Positions 9,552-20,616 are shown, numbered from the stretch's first letter. The stretch: DNA of 64,000 nt from Alphaproteobacteria bacterium (GCA_013288335.1 JABDCC010000002.1:8521-72520), one strand, 5' to 3'. Notes: generated by a model from the sequence alone, not told the origin. Made by a program: numbers and translations.

Positions 9552-9875
9552 ATGAGTTCGGAAAATAGTTTTTTAAAGAGATTTGATTTACCCAGCAAAC
9601 TCAAGAGTAAAATCGCGGTGGAATCGCCAGTCATTAATATGATGAACGATCCGTCATATCTGCGTCAGTCATCTGCTTTAATCAATGAAGCTTTGCAGAA
9701 GGGTTTTGATGTTTTGCAACTCCCTAACGGTGATATCGTAACCACCGGCACGAAAACCGTAGTGCATCAATATAGCTGGGATCTGGATAAAGCAAAACTG
9801 GTAAAAACCAAAGCCGATCCGAAAAAGCTAAAAGACGCTATCGTATTAGAAGAATCCGACTTCGAAGAAGCGTAG
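9552..9875 (+). CDS. hypothetical protein
   Basis: The track ORF starts at GTG 9537. The first ATG is 9552 (MSSENSFLKRF..). About 107 aa, acidic C-terminus, no family recognised. Confidence 0.5.
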   Translation: MSSENSFLKRFDLPSKLKSKIAVESPVINMMNDPSYLRQSSALINEALQKGFDVLQLPNGDIVTTGTKTVVHQYSWDLDKAKLVKTKADPKKLKDAIVLEESDFEEA

Positions 9876-9929
9876 AATTTTCTATCTGCCCGCGTGACAA
9901 AGCAATCGGTTTATGTTCAATATACCGGT

Positions 9930-11114
9930 ATGATACGTTTCATTATTTGTTTAGCAATATTCCTTCTGCCCATAACTCTTTATGCGCAATCAAACAGCAA
10001 TGTGCATGCGCAATTATCCGGCACACTCAGCGAAATTGACAGCGAAAACAATACACAGAAAAAGATCCATCAGCAAAACGCCAAGCTGGAACGCGAGCTT
10101 AAAATATTACAAAAAGAAATGGTGTCACTCGCCAAGGATATGAGCGATGAAGAACAGGCATTATCGGATCTGGAAGAAAAATTTGCTATTCTTGAAACTC
10201 AGAAAAAAGAAAAAACAGATGCATTAAATGCGCGTCAGGCGGAATTATCCACGATGATCTCTGCCATGATACGCCTGCGCCAATTGCCGCCCGGTGCAGT
10301 CATTGCAATGCCTGGAAAGCTTGATGAAACGCTTGCAACGGCACGCGCGCTGAACATCGTTACGACTACTATAGAAGAAGATGCGGAGAGCCTTCGTGGG
10401 CAATTACATGAGCTCTCTGAACTAGAAGAGCAAATCCGCAAAAACCGCGAAACTATCCTTGCAAAGAAATCTGCGCTTGAAACGCGACAGAAAAAACTCT
10501 CCGTGCAATTAAAAGAGCGTGAGAAATTGCAGGCAGAACTCAGCACCAAGGAGCAAAAAGAAAAAGAGCGACTTGCAAACCTTACTTCCAAATCGCGTAC
10601 ATTGCAGGATTTAATTGATTCGCTCGAGAAATCGATTGAGTCGCATGTGCAACCGAGTGAGCCGGAAAATATAACCGCTAATGCCATCAGTAAAAACGAA
10701 AGAGGCAGTTCAAAACATAAACTGCGCTCGTTTGAAAATGCCAAAGGCAAAATTCGCCTACCCGTCGCTGGAAAAATTATCCGCCATTATGGAAGTAGCG
10801 GAACAGCGGATAATACCGCGTCACGCGGAATCACAATAAACGCACGCGAAAATGCAACCGTGGTAGCGCCCTTCGACGGCGAAGTGGTGTATGCAGGACC
10901 ATTCCGCGATTATGGGCATATGGTCATCATTCGTCACAGCGACGATTACCACACGATGTTATCCGGCATGGAAACCGTAAATTGCAAACCCGGGCAATAT
11001 TTGCTTGAGGGCGAGCCTATCGGCACTATGGGTGAGGGTGACGACGCGCGGCATCTTTACATGGAACTGCGCAAAAGCAGCAAACCCATCGACCCGTCGG
11101 ATTGGCTGAGGTAG
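9930..11114 (+). CDS. M23-family metallopeptidase with N-terminal coiled coil (EnvC-like murein hydrolase activator)
   Basis: The ATG at 9930 gives signal peptide MIRFIICLAIFLLPITLYA. A long Q/E/K-rich coiled coil follows. The C-terminal LytM/M23 domain shows (GITINARENATVVAPFDGEVVYAG..GHMVIIRHSDDYHTMLSG). Confidence 0.8.
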   Translation: MIRFIICLAIFLLPITLYAQSNSNVHAQLSGTLSEIDSENNTQKKIHQQNAKLERELKILQKEMVSLAKDMSDEEQALSDLEEKFAILETQKKEKTDALNARQAELSTMISAMIRLRQLPPGAVIAMPGKLDETLATARALNIVTTTIEEDAESLRGQLHELSELEEQIRKNRETILAKKSALETRQKKLSVQLKEREKLQAELSTKEQKEKERLANLTSKSRTLQDLIDSLEKSIESHVQPSEPENITANAISKNERGSSKHKLRSFENAKGKIRLPVAGKIIRHYGSSGTADNTASRGITINARENATVVAPFDGEVVYAGPFRDYGHMVIIRHSDDYHTMLSGMETVNCKPGQYLLEGEPIGTMGEGDDARHLYMELRKSSKPIDPSDWLR

Positions 11115-11254
11115 CAGATAACCATCTAAATTTATTACAAATAATTTGTTTTATTGCGGCGGCGGGAAATTAAAAAAACTCAAGAATCGTAATAATTTGT
11201 TAACACTTATGTGATAGATTAAGGCAGTGTATAAATCCATTCAGGAGAGAGTTT

Positions 11255-11623
11255 ATGGGTACGAGCGGTGAATTTTCAGGCGGCAATGTAAAGATAAAAG
11301 AAGAAACCTTTCATTATATACGCACCCTTCCCCTTCACATAAAAGAAGCCGGTGTTGATTATACGCTCGGAAAAAATGGATTTAAAAAATTTACGCCAGG
11401 AGATGCCGCATTTGATACTTCTAATGCAGGTTATTATATAGAGCCAGTGAAAAACTCTGAGGCAATACAGGTAAAATTTAATGAGAACGGCCTTTCTAAA
11501 TTAATTTCTTTGGGATGGGTAAATAGTAATCTTTTGTCATATTTTGCTACAAAACCTAGCCCAGTAATGCAAAGTCCGGCTGATGAAAAACTTCGCAAAA
11601 GAATTGAACAAGTCAAAAGTTAG
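11255..11623 (+). CDS. hypothetical protein
   Basis: 122-aa ORF with an AGGAGAG Shine-Dalgarno upstream. No family recognised. Confidence 0.5.
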   Translation: MGTSGEFSGGNVKIKEETFHYIRTLPLHIKEAGVDYTLGKNGFKKFTPGDAAFDTSNAGYYIEPVKNSEAIQVKFNENGLSKLISLGWVNSNLLSYFATKPSPVMQSPADEKLRKRIEQVKS

Positions 11624-11689
11624 TCTCAACATTGCTTTCTTAGCAGCGCGGATATAATATCTCCTCTTCACGTTATATATGAGGAAGCT

Positions 11690-13309
11690 ATGTCATTATC
11701 CGCCGCACAATCCGTCAATACTTATCCCACCCCACAAGGCATGAGCATCAGCGGCGCTTATGTCGTTGGGTGTGAGCGTATCTTTACGCGCGAAGCACTC
11801 GAATTTGTGGCAGAGCTTGCACGCAAATTTACCGCACGCCGCAATGAACTTTTAAAAGCACGTGAAAAAGTTGCGGCGGAACTCAATAATGGCAAGCTGC
11901 TTGATTTTCTGCCCGAGACTGCATCCATACGCGCGGGCGACTGGAAGGTTGCACCTATCCCCAATGATTTGCTTGACCGCCGCGTGGAGATCACCGGGCC
12001 AGTGGAGCGCAAAATGGTCATCAATGCGCTGAATTCCGGCGCCAAAGTATTCATGGCCGATTTTGAAGACTCCCTTTCACCGGTCTGGGAAGCCGTTGTG
12101 CAGGGGCAGGTAAATTTAAGCGAAGCGATCAACCGCACCATCAGCTACACGAGTCCCGAGAGCAAACATTATAAGCTCAATGAGCAAACCGCAGTGCTCA
12201 TCGTGCGTCCGCGTGGCTGGCATTTAGATGAAAAGCACGTGACGGTTGACGGCGAGCAAGTGCCGGGAGCGTTGCTGGATTTTGGTTTGTATTTTTACGC
12301 CAACGCTAAAGAACTGCTTGTGCGCGGTACCGGTCCGTATTTTTATTTGCCAAAGTTAGAGCATTATAAAGAGGCGGAACTCTGGAGCGATGTATTCAGT
12401 TTTGCCGAAGAAAAGCTTGCGCTTACCCACGGCACCATCAAAGCAACCGTGCTCATTGAAACCATTCCCGCTGCCTTCCAAATGGAAGAAATTCTTTACT
12501 CACTGCGAGATTATTGCGTCGCGCTTAATTGCGGCCGCTGGGATTATATTTTCAGCTTCATCAAAAAATTCCATTCACGTCCGGACTTTGTGTTGCCTGA
12601 ACGTGTGCAGGTCACTATGACCACGCATTTTCTACGTTCCTATTCGCAGTTACTCATTAAAACGACGCACAAACGCGGCGCATTTGCCATGGGCGGAATG
12701 GCGGCATTTATTCCGGTGAAAAATGACGAGGCGGCAAACAATAAAGCCATCGCCGCAGTGAAAGCCGACAAGGAACGTGAAGCCGGTGACGGGCATGATG
12801 GAACATGGGTCGCCCACCCTGCCCTCGTGCCTGTTGCCATGGAGGTGTTTGACCGCATTATGCCGGGCAAAAATCAACTCGATAAAAAACGTGAAGATGT
12901 AAATGTCGTCGCGAAGGATTTGCTTGCCATCCCAACCGGTACAATCACCGAGGCGGGTTTGCGTGGCAACATCAGCGTCGGCTTACAATACATCGCAGCG
13001 TGGCTTGGTGGCAACGGCTGCGTGCCGATAAATAATCTTATGGAAGATGCTGCCACTGCTGAAATTTCACGTTCGCAGATATGGCAGTGGATTCATCATG
13101 AGGGCGGAAAACTCGATGATGGCCGCAAAGTGACTTTTGAATTATTCAAGCAGATGCTGCCCGAAGAAATCGCCACAATAAAAGCAAAATCCGGGGATGC
13201 TTACGACGATGCTTTATTCACCCGCGCCAGCAAATTGCTTGAGGGCTTGGTGAAACAAAAACAATTCACTGAGTTTTTGACGCTGTCGGGGTATAGAGAA
13301 TTAAACTAA
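11690..13309 (+). CDS. aceB: malate synthase A
   Basis: 539 aa. Characteristic segments are present (VEITGPVERKMVINALNSGAKVFMADFEDS, FYLPKLEHYKEAELW, NCGRWDYIFS, DGTWVAHP). Confidence 0.9.
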   Translation: MSLSAAQSVNTYPTPQGMSISGAYVVGCERIFTREALEFVAELARKFTARRNELLKAREKVAAELNNGKLLDFLPETASIRAGDWKVAPIPNDLLDRRVEITGPVERKMVINALNSGAKVFMADFEDSLSPVWEAVVQGQVNLSEAINRTISYTSPESKHYKLNEQTAVLIVRPRGWHLDEKHVTVDGEQVPGALLDFGLYFYANAKELLVRGTGPYFYLPKLEHYKEAELWSDVFSFAEEKLALTHGTIKATVLIETIPAAFQMEEILYSLRDYCVALNCGRWDYIFSFIKKFHSRPDFVLPERVQVTMTTHFLRSYSQLLIKTTHKRGAFAMGGMAAFIPVKNDEAANNKAIAAVKADKEREAGDGHDGTWVAHPALVPVAMEVFDRIMPGKNQLDKKREDVNVVAKDLLAIPTGTITEAGLRGNISVGLQYIAAWLGGNGCVPINNLMEDAATAEISRSQIWQWIHHEGGKLDDGRKVTFELFKQMLPEEIATIKAKSGDAYDDALFTRASKLLEGLVKQKQFTEFLTLSGYRELN

Positions 13310-13546
13310 CGTCTTATGCGTCCCGTCGCAGAATGCGCCGTTCTTGCTCTGCTTGCACCCACAAAAATAGGCGTCTTTAGTGGATTCCGCAGTAAAAACT
13401 ACCGGAGCAAATGCGCTGCCTTTGTGTGAACCATCGCAAAATGGTTGCGTGGAGCTCATTCCGCATGCGCACCAGGCATATTTCTTGCCTTCCTCAATCC
13501 CAATTTTGTAAGGCGATTTCTGTGCAATTTTTGGCATGTCGGTCAT
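13301..13546 (-). CDS. CDGSH iron-sulfur domain protein (two CDGSH motifs)
   Basis: 81 aa with CACGMSSTQPFCDGSH and CGCKQSKNGAFCDGTH. The 3' end overlaps the aceB 3' end by 9 nt (convergent). Confidence 0.85.
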   Translation of the reverse strand: MTDMPKIAQKSPYKIGIEEGKKYAWCACGMSSTQPFCDGSHKGSAFAPVVFTAESTKDAYFCGCKQSKNGAFCDGTHKTLV

Positions 13547-13616
13547 ATCAAATTCTCCTTATTTAAAATCATTCTAGGTGTTGCACGAATCAGGTCAAGC
13601 AGGATATATCCATAGC

Positions 13617-14582
13617 ATGGCTGTTTACACACAATTATCCGAAGTCGAAATAAAGCAATTTCTTGCGCTTTATGATCTGCCGCCTTTGCAGGAGGCGGAG
13701 GGCATTCTCTCGGGTGTTGAGAATACCAATTATCTCATCACCCTTGAAGATGGCAGTAGGTTTATCCTGACTTTATTTGAACGACGCATGGCAGAAGAGG
13801 AATTGCCTTTCTTTGCAGAGCTTATGGAGCATCTCGCTCTCAAAGGATTTCCCTCCCCCAAACCGTTACATGCAAAAAATGCTAAAATTATTCAACGCAT
13901 AAAAGATAAACCTGCGATTATGGTTTCTTTTTTATTCGGCAAAAGCACCACCAACATTCAGCCCGAACATATGAGCGAGCTTGGTGCTGCTATGGCCAAT
14001 ATGCATTTAAAAAACGCAAATTTTAAATACAGTAGAAAAAACTCGCTCTCCGTGGATGGCTGGAAAAATATTCTCAATAAAATTTCTAACCAGGCCGATG
14101 AAATAGCCCCGGGACTTGCGAATGAACTTCAAAATGAAATGAAAATGATTTCTGATGCATGGCCGAAGAATCTGCCAAGTGGTGTCATTCACGCAGATAT
14201 TTTCCCCGATAATGTGTTTTATGATTCGCATGACAAGCTCACCGGCATCATCGATTTTTATTTCGCCTGCAATGATTTTTATGTCTATGAACTCGCCATT
14301 TGCCTGAATTCCTGGTGCTTTGAAAAGAATTTGGAGTTTAACATCACTAAGGCAAAATTGATGCTCAGGGCTTATAATGAAGTGCGCCCATTATCAGATG
14401 CAGAACTTCACGCACTTCCCATACTCGCACGTGGCGCGGCACTGCGTTTTCTTTTGACGCGCGCGCATGACTGGTTGTTTCAGGTAGAAGGCGCCATCGT
14501 AAAACCCAAAGACCCGATAGAATATTTGAAAAAATTGCGTTTCCACCGCAGCGTAAAACACCATAAGGAATATGGGCTGTAA
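13617..14582 (+). CDS. thrB: homoserine kinase (aminoglycoside-phosphotransferase-fold ThrB type)
   Basis: Family start [21 protein letters not shown] at ATG 13617 (track ORF begins at GTG 13578). Kinase motif [13 protein letters not shown] is present. thrB-rnhA adjacency is common in alphaproteobacteria. Confidence 0.85.
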   Translation: MAVYTQLSEVEIKQFLALYDLPPLQEAEGILSGVENTNYLITLEDGSRFILTLFERRMAEEELPFFAELMEHLALKGFPSPKPLHAKNAKIIQRIKDKPAIMVSFLFGKSTTNIQPEHMSELGAAMANMHLKNANFKYSRKNSLSVDGWKNILNKISNQADEIAPGLANELQNEMKMISDAWPKNLPSGVIHADIFPDNVFYDSHDKLTGIIDFYFACNDFYVYELAICLNSWCFEKNLEFNITKAKLMLRAYNEVRPLSDAELHALPILARGAALRFLLTRAHDWLFQVEGAIVKPKDPIEYLKKLRFHRSVKHHKEYGL

Positions 14583-15028
14583 TGACTAATCCCTTAAAAG
14601 TAATCATATATACCGATGGCGCATGCTCGGGGAATCCGGGGCCGGGTGGCTGGGGCGCGGTACTTGTTTGTAATGGTCGCGAAAAAGAAATATTTGGCGG
14701 GGAACCAGATACTACTAACAATCGCATGGAACTGATGGCCGCGATAAAGGCACTTGAAGCGCTTAAAAGCAAATGTGAAGTGGATTTATACACCGACAGT
14801 AATTACGTGCGGAACGGCATTATGACGTGGATTCACGACTGGAAAAAGCGCGGCTGGAAAACCGCCGATAAAAAACCTGTGAAAAACGTCGATTTATGGC
14901 AAGAACTGGATGAAATGGCGGCCAAACACCAGATAAAATGGCACTGGGTAAAAGGCCATAACGGCGATTCGATGAATGAACGCGCCGATGAATTGGCAAG
15001 ACGCGGGATAACTACACTTTTAAAATAG
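14582..15028 (+). CDS. rnhA: ribonuclease HI
   Basis: 148 aa with [31 protein letters not shown] and [17 protein letters not shown] motifs. The start overlaps the thrB stop (TAATG). Confidence 0.9.
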   Translation: MTNPLKVIIYTDGACSGNPGPGGWGAVLVCNGREKEIFGGEPDTTNNRMELMAAIKALEALKSKCEVDLYTDSNYVRNGIMTWIHDWKKRGWKTADKKPVKNVDLWQELDEMAAKHQIKWHWVKGHNGDSMNERADELARRGITTLLK

Positions 15029-15260
15029 CATCGAGCACTAATTGCTCAAAACCAGGAATGGGAGACCCATTGCCATGGGCCACCACGACGCCGAATTTTG
15101 CCAGATCAATATTACCCTTTTTAGTGGCATCCAGAAAACGCTTCTGGTTGTTTTTCTTAAGTAGCACATAAGCAAATAAAGGATTATCGAGTTCATCGAT
15201 ACCTTCCACTAGTTCAAGCACACATTGCTTTTCCTGAAGTATTTTGTCGAGGTTGCTCAT
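15012..15260 (-). CDS. hypothetical small protein, translationally coupled to the upstream beta-CA-like gene
   Basis: 82-aa ORF. Its ATG (15260) lies 1 nt after the stop of the 15262-16179 gene. The 3' end overlaps rnhA by 17 nt. No family recognised. Confidence 0.4.
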   Translation of the reverse strand: MSNLDKILQEKQCVLELVEGIDELDNPLFAYVLLKKNNQKRFLDATKKGNIDLAKFGVVVAHGNGSPIPGFEQLVLDAILKV

Positions 15261-15261
15261 G

Positions 15262-16179
15262 TCATACTCCTTTCATCTGTGTGAGATTATTAAGCGCATT
15301 GGCGATAGCGTGATCAAGTTCTTCCATCATCGGTTCAGCAATGTTTATCACTTTATTCACTTTTTTCATAACGAGCGAACCAGCAGGTTTTACTGCAAGC
15401 GCTTGCCTTTTATTTAATTGCTTATAATCCTCGATAATACGAGCAGAAGTCGACATACCATTGCTTACTGGATAGAGCTCTTTCTCAAGTTGTTCGATAG
15501 GCACGAAATCATTTGCCTTGGGATCAAACACTTCAAGCGGTGATTTTCCATTGTCCACAGGCAGGCCGCGTATGGCCGCAGGTATCCACCATGTCCCCTC
15601 GTTCACCAGATCAGACACTTTCTTATCACCTAACTCGTAATCATAAAAATTGCGCAATGATTGCAATATAATCGCTTTTTCCACCATTTTGCGTATCTCA
15701 TACATGGAGGCATTACCAGCGTAGGCCTGTTTTAACGCATCTTTGAAATCGTGCGATACTACGGAGTCAAAGAAATCATACACGTCTTTAAAACGCGCTG
15801 GATTATCTTTATGTGGATCACCTGGAAACAGCACATGGTTGCAATAGGCTTCAACCGCCTTGCAATCTTCATGGCCGGTGATACTCATGCCTTCCACCGT
15901 CGGCATTGTGGTAAGTAATACAACCGATGCTTTAAAATCTCTGTCAGCGGCTTCACTACGAGGAAGAGCACCCGCCAGGTGGCGCAAAGGATAAATTTCA
16001 CCGTTTTTTGTTCCTTTATAATCATGCATTTCATCAAAGCGCGCATCCATGCAATAGAGCGCACCTATTTTACGCCGCACTTCTTTTGGCATCGTCTCGC
16101 GGAAATTGCCCTCAAGAATATTGAGTGTCTTAATTAGCCATTCCTGGCGTGGTATGAATTTATCTAATTTATCAACCAT
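15262..16179 (-). CDS. beta-carbonic-anhydrase-like protein (divergent) with ~90-aa C-terminal extension
   Basis: The track ORF starts at TTG 16191. The first ATG is 16179 (MVDKLDKF..). It carries C43-M-D45-A-R47, GEIYPLRHLAG and G-H103-E-D-C106, matching the beta-CA pattern CxDxR...(F)VxRNxGN...HxxC with near-canonical spacing. Confidence 0.5.
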   Translation of the reverse strand: MVDKLDKFIPRQEWLIKTLNILEGNFRETMPKEVRRKIGALYCMDARFDEMHDYKGTKNGEIYPLRHLAGALPRSEAADRDFKASVVLLTTMPTVEGMSITGHEDCKAVEAYCNHVLFPGDPHKDNPARFKDVYDFFDSVVSHDFKDALKQAYAGNASMYEIRKMVEKAIILQSLRNFYDYELGDKKVSDLVNEGTWWIPAAIRGLPVDNGKSPLEVFDPKANDFVPIEQLEKELYPVSNGMSTSARIIEDYKQLNKRQALAVKPAGSLVMKKVNKVINIAEPMMEELDHAIANALNNLTQMKGV

Positions 16180-16306
16180 AATTATCTGCAAATTAAGTAT
16201 TTAATAACCTGATTATGCCAAATATTCCTAAAGATTTGGTTAATATTGCTTTTATTTGTGCAGTTCTCTATAAACATGACCTAAATTCTTATATTCAAGG
16301 CATAAA

Positions 16307-17590
16307 ATGGATAAAATACGCATACGCGGCGGTCATGCGCTCAAAGGAATTATACCGATAAGCGGCGCAAAAAACGCAGCATTACCGTTAATGTCGGCTG
16401 CACTTTTGACCGAAGGAGAACTCAAGCTCTCCAATATCCCTTATCTGGCTGACGTCATCACCATGGCAAATCTGCTCGTGCAGCACGGCACCACTTTGCA
16501 TATGGATGAAAAATCCGCGAGCGCCACAGGCTTTGGCCGCACCATTGGCTTAAAAGCCGCCAATATCACTAATTTTACTGCGCCATATGATCTAGTGCGC
16601 ACCATGCGTGCCTCCGTGCTCGTGCTTGGCCCACTGCTTGCGCGTTTTGGTCAGGCGAAAGTGTCACTGCCTGGAGGCTGTGCCATCGGCACGCGCCCTA
16701 TTGATTTGCATCTAAAAGCCCTGGAACAAATGGGTGCGTTGATTGAACTTGCCGACGGCTATATCAATGCGTTTGTAAAAGGCAAATTAAAAGGTGCGGA
16801 TATTACTTTTGATACTGTGACCGTGACAGGCACCGAAAATGTCATGATGGCAGCAACGCTTGCCGAAGGTGAAACTACCTTGCGCAATGCAGCGCGTGAG
16901 CCAGAAGTAACTGATCTTGCAAATTGCCTTGTAAAAATGGGCGCCAACATTCAGGGAATTGGCAGCGGCACACTTATCATTCAAGGCACAAAAGCGTTGC
17001 ATGGTGCAGAACATAGCGTGATTGCCGACCGCATCGAGGCAGGCACTTATGCAGCAGCGGCTGCTATTACCGGCGGCGACGTGGAGTTGCAAGGCGTTAG
17101 CATGCAGATACTCGGAGCAGTTGCAGAAAAATTCGCCGAAGCTGGAATTGACATAAAACCCACCGCAAAAGGTGTGCGGGTGACGCGTAACAATGGCTTA
17201 AATGGCGTGGATGTGATGACGCAGCCCTACCCTGGCTTCCCCACCGATATGCAGGCACAAATGATGGCGCTTATGACAGTCGCAAAAGGCGCGTCCATGA
17301 TTACGGAAACTATTTTTGAAAACCGTTTCATGCATGTGCCGGAACTCACCCGCATGGGCGCAAAAATTAACGTGCATGGCTCCTCTGCCATGATACGTGG
17401 CGCAAAACAATTGACTGGTGCCGAGGTGATGGCAACAGACCTGCGCGCCTCCGTCTCATTGGTAATCGCAGCGCTGGCAGCGAAAGGTGATACCATCATC
17501 AACCGGGTGTATCATTTAGATCGCGGCTATGAACGCTTGGAAGAAAAACTCTCTGCGTGCGGCGCAGAAATCGAGCGGATAAAATCATGA
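16307..17590 (+). CDS. murA: UDP-N-acetylglucosamine 1-carboxyvinyltransferase
   Basis: 427 aa. [29 protein letters not shown] at the N-terminus, active-site loop [15 protein letters not shown], and full-length conservation. Confidence 0.95.
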   Translation: MDKIRIRGGHALKGIIPISGAKNAALPLMSAALLTEGELKLSNIPYLADVITMANLLVQHGTTLHMDEKSASATGFGRTIGLKAANITNFTAPYDLVRTMRASVLVLGPLLARFGQAKVSLPGGCAIGTRPIDLHLKALEQMGALIELADGYINAFVKGKLKGADITFDTVTVTGTENVMMAATLAEGETTLRNAAREPEVTDLANCLVKMGANIQGIGSGTLIIQGTKALHGAEHSVIADRIEAGTYAAAAAITGGDVELQGVSMQILGAVAEKFAEAGIDIKPTAKGVRVTRNNGLNGVDVMTQPYPGFPTDMQAQMMALMTVAKGASMITETIFENRFMHVPELTRMGAKINVHGSSAMIRGAKQLTGAEVMATDLRASVSLVIAALAAKGDTIINRVYHLDRGYERLEEKLSACGAEIERIKS

Positions 17591-18243
17591 GCGATAAAAT
17601 TACGATAGCGGTTCCAAAGGGAAGAATCTTAAAAGAGCTTCAGCCTTTGCTGACCCGTATCGGCATTAAGCCCGAGCCGGATTTCTTTGATGAAAATAGC
17701 AGAAAATTATTATTCTCAACCAATGTTGCCGAGCTTTCCATTATTCGCGTGCGCAGCTTTGACGTGGCAACCTTTGTCGCTTTTGGCGCTGCCCAACTTG
17801 GTGTTGCTGGCAGTGATGTGCTAATGGAGTTTGATTTCCCCGATATTTATTCTCCGCTTGACTTAGAAATCGGCAAATGCCGACTGGCCGTCGCCGAACT
17901 CAAAGAACTTGCCGAAACCGATGACCCCAAACGCTGGAGCCATGTACGGGTTGCCACTAAATACCCCAATATCGCACGCAACCATTTTGCCGAACGCGGT
18001 GTGCAAGCCGAATGCATAAAACTCTCCGGCGCTATGGAACTCGCCCCTCGCCTTGGGCTTTGCCAGCGTATTGTCGATTTAGTCAGTAGTGGCGCAACTC
18101 TAAAAGCCAATGGGCTTGTGGAAGTGGAAAAAATTACGGATGTATCTTCACGCCTTATTGTAAATCGCACGGCATTTAAAACCCGTAGCAGTCAGATTGG
18201 CGAATGGGTAGCTAAATTCAAGGCGACAGCAAATGGTGAATAG
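17587..18243 (+). CDS. hisG: ATP phosphoribosyltransferase (short form)
   Basis: ATG 17587 ([15 protein letters not shown]) forms an ATGA overlap with the murA stop. [14 protein letters not shown] motif is present. About 218 aa. Confidence 0.9.
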   Translation: MSDKITIAVPKGRILKELQPLLTRIGIKPEPDFFDENSRKLLFSTNVAELSIIRVRSFDVATFVAFGAAQLGVAGSDVLMEFDFPDIYSPLDLEIGKCRLAVAELKELAETDDPKRWSHVRVATKYPNIARNHFAERGVQAECIKLSGAMELAPRLGLCQRIVDLVSSGATLKANGLVEVEKITDVSSRLIVNRTAFKTRSSQIGEWVAKFKATANGE

Positions 18244-19519
18244 CTTAAATATTTCTGACAAGGATTTTGCCAAAAAATTTAATGCATTTTTGCGTTTGCG
18301 CGAAACAAACGACAAGGATGTAAGCGTCACTGTTGAAAATATTATCGAAGACGTGCGCACCAAAGGTGATGCAGCAATCATCGCCTATACTGAGAAATTT
18401 GATCGCCTAAAAATTACTGCAGGTAAAATGAAAATTACGCCCGCAGAAATCAGTAAGGCCAGAAAATCCTGCGATAAAGAAGTGATACGTGCGTTGGAAC
18501 ATGCAGCAGAGCGCATACGCAATTATCACCAGAAGCAATTACCCAAAGACGTACAATATAAAGACAGTGATGGCATCACTTTAGGCTGGCGCTGGAATGC
18601 AATTGATGCGGTTGGCTTATATGTTCCGGGCGGCACCGCTGCCTATCCAAGCTCGGTTTTAATGAATGCCATTCCTGCGCAGGTAGCTGGTGTTAAGCGG
18701 CTTGCAATGGTCGTACCCATGCCAGACGGCAACATTAATCCGGCTGTGCTTGCAGCAGCCGATATCGCGGGGATTACAGAAATTTATCCGATTGGCGGTG
18801 CGCAGGCAATCGCAGCGCTTGCCTACGGAACCAAGAAAATTGCCGCCGTTGATAAAATAGTGGGTCCGGGAAATATCTACGTAGCAGAGGCCAAAAGACA
18901 GGTGTTCGGCCAGGTCGGGATTGATATGATTGCAGGCCCTTCCGAAATTCTTGTGGTCGCCGACAACAAAAATAAACCGGAATGGATTGCAGCCGATCTT
19001 CTCTCCCAAGCTGAGCATGACAAGCTCGCACAAGCCATTTTAATCACGGATGATGAAATATTTGCCAAAAGAGTTGAAAACGCCGTTGAACAATTATTAA
19101 AAAAATTAAAGCGCAAAACGATAGCAAAAGCCGCATGGAAAAATTATGGTGCCATTATTATTGTGCGTGAGCTTGGTAATGCGTTTGAACTTATAAACCG
19201 CATTGCACCGGAACATCTGGAACTGGCCGTCGAAAAGCCCGAGGAATTGATGAAAAATATCCGCCATGCTGGTGCCATATTTCTTGGTCGTCATACGCCG
19301 GAAGCGATCGGTGATTATATCGCTGGCCCTTCGCATGTTCTGCCGACTTCGCACACCGCGCGTTTTTCTTCCGGGCTTTCGGTTTTTGATTTTATTAAAC
19401 GCACATCGATCATGGGCTGTAATGAAAAATCGATTCTCGCAATTGGTGAAGATGCAGCCCTGCTTGCAGAGACTGAGGGTTTAACGGCACATCAGTTATC
19501 CATAAAGCTCCGTCTATGA
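18233..19519 (+). CDS. hisD: histidinol dehydrogenase
   Basis: 428 aa with [48 protein letters not shown] and SQAEHD motifs. Confidence 0.95.
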   Translation: MVNSLNISDKDFAKKFNAFLRLRETNDKDVSVTVENIIEDVRTKGDAAIIAYTEKFDRLKITAGKMKITPAEISKARKSCDKEVIRALEHAAERIRNYHQKQLPKDVQYKDSDGITLGWRWNAIDAVGLYVPGGTAAYPSSVLMNAIPAQVAGVKRLAMVVPMPDGNINPAVLAAADIAGITEIYPIGGAQAIAALAYGTKKIAAVDKIVGPGNIYVAEAKRQVFGQVGIDMIAGPSEILVVADNKNKPEWIAADLLSQAEHDKLAQAILITDDEIFAKRVENAVEQLLKKLKRKTIAKAAWKNYGAIIIVRELGNAFELINRIAPEHLELAVEKPEELMKNIRHAGAIFLGRHTPEAIGDYIAGPSHVLPTSHTARFSSGLSVFDFIKRTSIMGCNEKSILAIGEDAALLAETEGLTAHQLSIKLRL

Positions 19520-19998
19520 CCACAACACCTCACATCGCCTCAATTACATTAGATGGTATAACCATAAAAACCCGTACACCGGAAGTCGAGTACGAGCGCA
19601 ATGTCGCGATTGCCGACCTTATTGAATGGAACCATTTCGCCATAAAAGATGGGGATGGTAAACATGCGGAAGGTCCTTATGATATTACCTTAAGTACCGC
19701 TGAAAACCGTGTTACCTTCACGGCAAATTCCAGCACTCTAGAATCACCGCTTGTTGTCTCACTCACACTCGCGCCTTTTCGCAGCGTCATTAAGGATTAT
19801 TTTCTTATCTGCGAAAGTTATTTTGACGCGGTGAAGTCCGGTAATATGCCACGCATTGAAGCCATTGATATGAGCCGCCGCGGATTGCACAATGAAGGCG
19901 CTGAACTCATTAGTGAATTGATGGCAGAAAAAGTGACGATGGATAGTGAAACTGCTCGCCGGTTATTTACTCTCATCTGCGCGCTGCATCTGAAATAA
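19516..19998 (+). CDS. UPF0262-family protein
   Basis: 160 aa, ATGA-coupled to hisD. A conserved alphaproteobacterial protein of this family characteristically follows hisD. The sequence pattern (EYERNVAIADLIE.N.F) is consistent with it. Confidence 0.7.
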   Translation: MTTTPHIASITLDGITIKTRTPEVEYERNVAIADLIEWNHFAIKDGDGKHAEGPYDITLSTAENRVTFTANSSTLESPLVVSLTLAPFRSVIKDYFLICESYFDAVKSGNMPRIEAIDMSRRGLHNEGAELISELMAEKVTMDSETARRLFTLICALHLK

Positions 19999-20014
19999 AA
20001 AGAATGGTAAGTTA

Positions 20015-20548
20015 ATGAAATACTTTCCGAGATATATTTTTATAACGTTGGCAATGGTTGTATGGTTATATATACCTGCAAGTTTCGCAGATCCTGGTAT
20101 TGCTTCTCAAGCAACGGATGCGAATATTAAACTGCTTGAATTACTCAGAGAACATGGTGATGAAGTTAAACTAAAAGAGGCCCGTGAACGTATTTGCCCA
20201 CATGATTTTACCGCACAAGAAATTGATGGTATAGCGCCTTATGAAGATAGAAATCGCCAGACCTTATGTGAACTCTGTGATGAGTCCATTAAATATCAAA
20301 AAACTTTTGTTCGTCACAAAGCACAATATCTGAAAAATGTATCCCTAAAAGTAAAGAGTTGTCTGTGCATACAGGCATATCAGGATGATATGGATCCAAT
20401 AGAAATGAAAAGTTTCCCACCAAAAATCAAAACCGGAAAATCTGAATGTGAATTACTTAAATATCATGTGGGATGCAATGCGTTTATAGATGATGTGAGT
20501 CCCACCCATATTTTCTGCCCATTGGAATGTGTGGATTTTAGTAAATAA
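20015..20548 (+). CDS. hypothetical secreted cysteine-rich protein
   Basis: 177 aa. N-terminal hydrophobic leader ends in ..PASFA. Ten Cys in the mature part. No family recognised. Confidence 0.5.
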   Translation: MKYFPRYIFITLAMVVWLYIPASFADPGIASQATDANIKLLELLREHGDEVKLKEARERICPHDFTAQEIDGIAPYEDRNRQTLCELCDESIKYQKTFVRHKAQYLKNVSLKVKSCLCIQAYQDDMDPIEMKSFPPKIKTGKSECELLKYHVGCNAFIDDVSPTHIFCPLECVDFSK

Positions 20549-20562
20549 ATTTCCGCATTCAA

Positions 20563-20592
20563 AAGCCCTGACCTCGCTTAAGATCAGGGCTT
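20563..20592. terminator. possible bidirectional hairpin between convergent genes
   Basis: AAGCCCTGA (20563-20571) pairs with TCAGGGCTT (20584-20592) around a 12-nt loop. A short T-run follows on the minus strand only. Confidence 0.35.
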
Positions 20593-20616
20593 CTAAAACT
20601 TCACAGTACTAAAACT

